From contig CM059440.1 of NCBI GenBank assembly GCA_030390025.1, positions 38,130,001 through 38,194,000 of the forward strand: a stretch of 64,000 nucleotides of DNA. Direction: 5' to 3'. The notes under the pieces were generated by a model. The model made no database searches, had not been told where the DNA came from, and worked only from the letters and a program-made list of their open reading frames with translations. A program made the position numbers and the translations under genes. Positions 59,801-64,000 of this stretch are shown one piece after another. The stretch's first letter is position 1. The number at the start of each line of letters is the position of its first letter. Source of the stretch: Squalus acanthias. Taxonomy: Eukaryota.

Positions 59801-62800
59801 ATTACTCTCTGTCCCACACTCTCTCCCTATTACTGTCTGTCCCACACTCTCTCCCTATTACTGTCTGTCCCACACTCTCTCCCTATTACTCTCTGTCCCA
59901 CACTCTCTCCCTATTACTGTCTGTCCCACACTCTCTCCCTATTACTCTCTGTCCCACACTCTCTCCCTATTACTGTCTGTCCCACACTCTCTCCCTATTA
60001 CTCTCTGTCCCACACTCTCTCCCTATTACTGTCTGTCCCACACTCTCTCCCTATTACTCTCTGTCCCACACTCTCTCCCTATTACTGTCTGTCCCACACT
60101 CTCTCCCTATTACTCTCTGTCCCACACTCTCTCCCTATTACTCTCTGTCCCACACTCTCTCCCTATTACTCTCTGTCCCACACTCTCTCCATATTACTGT
60201 CTGTCCCACACTCTCTCCCTATTACTGTCTGTCCCACACTCTCTCCCTATTACTGTCTGTCCCACACTCTCTCCCTATTACTGTCTGTCCCACACTCTCT
60301 CCCTATTACTCTCTGTCCCACACTCTCTCCCTATTACTGTCTGTCCCACACTCTCTCCCTATTACTCTCTGTCCCACACTCTCTCCCTATTACTGTCTGT
60401 CCCACACTCTCTCCCTATTACTGTCTGTCCCACACTCTCTCCCTATTACTCTCTGTCCCACACTCTCTCCCTATTACTGTCTGTCCCACACTCTCTCCCT
60501 TATTACTCTCTGTCCCACACTCTCTCCCTATTACTCTCTGTCCCACACTCTCTCCCTATTACTCTCTGTCCCACACTCTCTCCCTATTACTCTCTGTCCC
60601 ACACTCTCTCCCTATTACTGTCTGTCCCACACTCTCTCCCTATTACTCTCTGTCCCACACTCTCTCCCTATTACTGTCTGTCCCACACTCTCTCCCTATT
60701 ACTGTCTGTCCCACACTCTCTCCCTATTACTCTCTGTCCCACACTCTCTCCCTATTACTGTCTGTCCCACACTCTCTCCCTATTACTGTCTGTCCCACAC
60801 TCTCTCCCTATTACTCTCTGTCCCACACTCTCTCCCTATTACTGTCTGTCCCACACTCTCTCCCTATTACTGTCTGTCCCACACTCTCTCCCTATTACTC
60901 TCTGTCCCACACTCTCTCCCTATTACTCTCTGTCCCACACTCTCTCCCTATTACTCTCTGTCCTACACTCTCTCCCTATTACTGTCTGTCCCACACTCTC
61001 TCCCTATTACTCTCTGTCCCACACTCTCTCCCTATTACTCTCTGTCCCACACTCTCTCCATATTACTGTCTGTCCCACACTCTCTCCCTATTACTGTCTG
61101 TCCCACACTCTCTCCCTATTACTGTCTGTCCCACACTCTCTCCCTATTACTCTCTGTCCCACACTCTCTCCCTATTACTGTCTGTCCCACACTCTCTCCC
61201 TATTACTGTCTGTCCCACACTCTCTCCCTATTACTCTCTGTCCCACACTCTCTCCCTATTACTGTCTGTCCCACACTCTCTCCCTATTACTCTCTGTCCC
61301 ACACTCTCTCCCTATTACTCTCTGTCCTACACTCTCTCCCTATTACTCTCTGTCCTACACTCTCTCCCTATTACTGTCTGTCCCACACTCTCTCCCTTAT
61401 TACTGTCTGTCCCACACTCTCACCCTTATTACTGTCTGTCCCACACTCTCTCCCTTATTACTGTCTGTCCCACACTCTCTCCCTATTACTGTCTGTCCCA
61501 CACTCTCTCCCTATTACTGTCTGTCCCACACTCTCTCCCTATTTCTGTCTGTCCCACACTCTCTCCCTATTACTCTCTGTCCCACACTCTCTCCCTTATT
61601 ACTGTCTGTCCCACACTCTCTCCCTATTACTCTCTGTCCCACACTCTCTCCCTATTACTGTCTGTCCCACACTCTCTCCATATTACTCTCTGTCCCACAC
61701 TCTCTCCCTTATTACTGTCTGTCCCACACTCTCTCCCTATTACTCTCTGTCCCACACTCTCTCCCTATAACTCTCTGTCCCACACTCTCTCCCTATTACT
61801 CTCTGTCCCACACTCTCTCCCTATTACTCTCTGTCCCACACTCTCTCCCTATTACTCTCTGTCCCACACTCTCTCCCTATTACTGTCTGTCCCACACTCT
61901 CTCCCTATTACTCTCTGTACCACACTCTCTCCATATTACTCTCTGTCTCACACTCTCTCCCTATTACTGTCTGTCCCACACTCTCTCCCTTATTACTGTC
62001 TGTCTCACACTCTCTCCATATTACTCTCTGTCCCACACTCTCTCACTATTACTGTCTGTCCCACACTCTCTTCCTATTACTCTCTGTCCCACACTCTCTC
62101 CCTATTACTCTCTGTCCCACACTCTCTCCATATTACTCTCTGTCCCACACTCTCTCACTATTACTGTCTGTCCCACACTCTCTTCCTATTACTCTCTGTC
62201 CGACACTCTCTCCCTATTACTGTCTGTCCCACACTCTCTCCCTATTACTCTCTGTCCCACACTCTCTCCATATTACTGTCTGTCCCACACTCTCTCCCTA
62301 TTACTCTCTGTCCCACACTCTCTCCCTATTACTGTCTGTCCCACACTCTCTCCCTATTACTCTCTGTCCCACACTCTCTCCCTATTACTCTCTGTCCTAC
62401 ACTCTCTCCCTATTACTCTCTGTCCCACACTCTCTCCATATTACTGTCTGTCCCACACTCTCTCCCTATTACTGTCTGTCCCACACTCTCTCCCTTATTA
62501 CTGTCTGTCCCACACTCTCTCCCTTATTACTGTCTATCCCACACTCTCTCCCTATTACTGTCTGTCCCACACTCTCTCCCTATTACTCTCTGTCCCACAC
62601 TCTCTCCATATTACTGTCTGTCCCACACTCTCTCCCTTATTACTGTCTATCCCACACTCTCTCCCTATTACTCTCTGTCCTACACTCTCTCCCTATTACT
62701 GTCTGTCCCACACTCTCTCCCTTATTACTCTCTGTCCCACACTCTCTCCATATTACTCTCTGTCCCACACTCTCTCCCTTATTACTCTCTGTCCCACACT

Positions 62801-64000
62801 CTCTCCATATTACTCTCTGTCCCACACTCTCTCCCTTATTACTGTCTATCCCACACTCTCTCCCTATTACTGTCTGTCCCACACTCTCTCCATATTACTC
62901 TCTGTCCCACACTCTCTCCCTATTACTCTCTGTCCCACACTCTCTCCCTATTACTCTCTGTCCCACACTCTCTCCCTATTACTGTCTGTCCCACACTCTC
63001 TCCCTATTACTCTCTGTCCCACACTCTCTCCCTATTACTGTCTGTCCCACACTCTCTCCCTATTACTGTCTGTCCCACACTCTCTCCCTATTACTCTCTG
63101 TCCCACACTCTCTCCCTATTACTGTCTGTCCCACACTCTCTCCCTATTACTGTCTGTCCCACACTCTCTCCCTATTACTCTCTGTCCCACACTCTCTCCC
63201 TATTACTGTCTGTCCCACACTCTCTCCCTATTACTGTCTGTCCCACACTCTCTCCCTATTACTCTCTGTCCCACACTCTCTCCCTATTACTCTCTGTCCC
63301 ACACTCTCTCCCTATTACTCTCTGTCCTACACTCTCTCCCTATTACTGTCTGTCCCACACTCTCTCCCTATTACTCTCTGTCCTACACTCTCTCCATATT
63401 ACTGTCTGTCCCACACTCTCTCCCTATTACTGTCTGTCCCACACTCTCTCCCTATTACTGTCTGTCCCACACTCTCTCCCTATTACTCTCTGTCCCACAC
63501 TCTCTCCCTATTACTGTCTGTCCCACACTCTCTCCCTATTACTGTCTGTCCCACACTCTCTCCCTATTACTCTCTGTCCCACACTCTCTCCCTATTACTG
63601 TCTGTCCCACACTCTCTCCCTATTACTCTCTGTCCCACACTCTCTCCCTATTACTCTCTGTCCTACACTCTCTCCCTATTACTCTCTGTCCTACACTCTC
63701 TCCCTATTACTGTCTGTCCCACACTCTCTCCCTTATTACTGTCTGTCCCACACTCTCACCCTTATTACTGTCTGTCCCACACTCTCTCCCTTATTACTGT
63801 CTGTCCCACACTCTCTCCCTATTACTGTCTGTCCCACACTCTCTCCCTATTACTGTCTGTCCCACACTCTCTCCCTATTTCTGTCTGTCCCACACTCTCT
63901 CCCTATTACTCTCTGTCCCACACTCTCTCCCTTATTACTGTCTGTCCCACACTCTCTCCCTATTACTCTCTGTCCCACACTCTCTCCCTATTACTGTCTG
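56865..64000. repeat. Intronic satellite, 28-bp unit TATTACT(C/G)TCTGTCCCACACTCTCTCCC (29-bp variants), about 250 copies, runs off the window end
   Basis: Directly visible tandem array. Confidence 0.99.

Noticed and set aside
56865-64000. CRISPR-like 28-bp repeats and small ORFs in the array
   Set aside because: Head-to-tail repeats with no unique spacers, no cas genes and a eukaryotic context.

Overview
Repeat-rich vertebrate DNA, most likely from a shark or ray given its SINE, CR1 and Penelope repertoire. The only supported host gene is the 5' half of a tissue-nonspecific alkaline phosphatase (alpl) on the + strand. It has five spliced coding exons (26729-26789, 39657-39776, 43750-43865, 44954-45128, 56490-56665; 61/120/116/175/176 nt, the sizes of vertebrate ALPL exons 2-6), and the gene continues past the window end. 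The rest is upstream or intronic DNA filled with CR1, L2 and RTE LINE fragments, Deu-domain SINEs, Harbinger-like and hAT-like MITEs, two minisatellites and a >7 kb 28-bp satellite. The most striking structure is two families of short Penelope-type insertions with target-site duplications (TSDs) and minimal hammerhead ribozyme motifs. One family occurs four times as fold-back palindromes; three copies carry an intact hammerhead core on each strand and the fourth is cut through the core. Also notable: a 281-bp locally templated inverted duplication inside a CR1, a 5'-inverted CR1, a three-level nested insertion, and a possible fossil Gypsy/Ginger-type integrase with a PHD finger. All calls come from reading the sequence by eye; no database searches were run.
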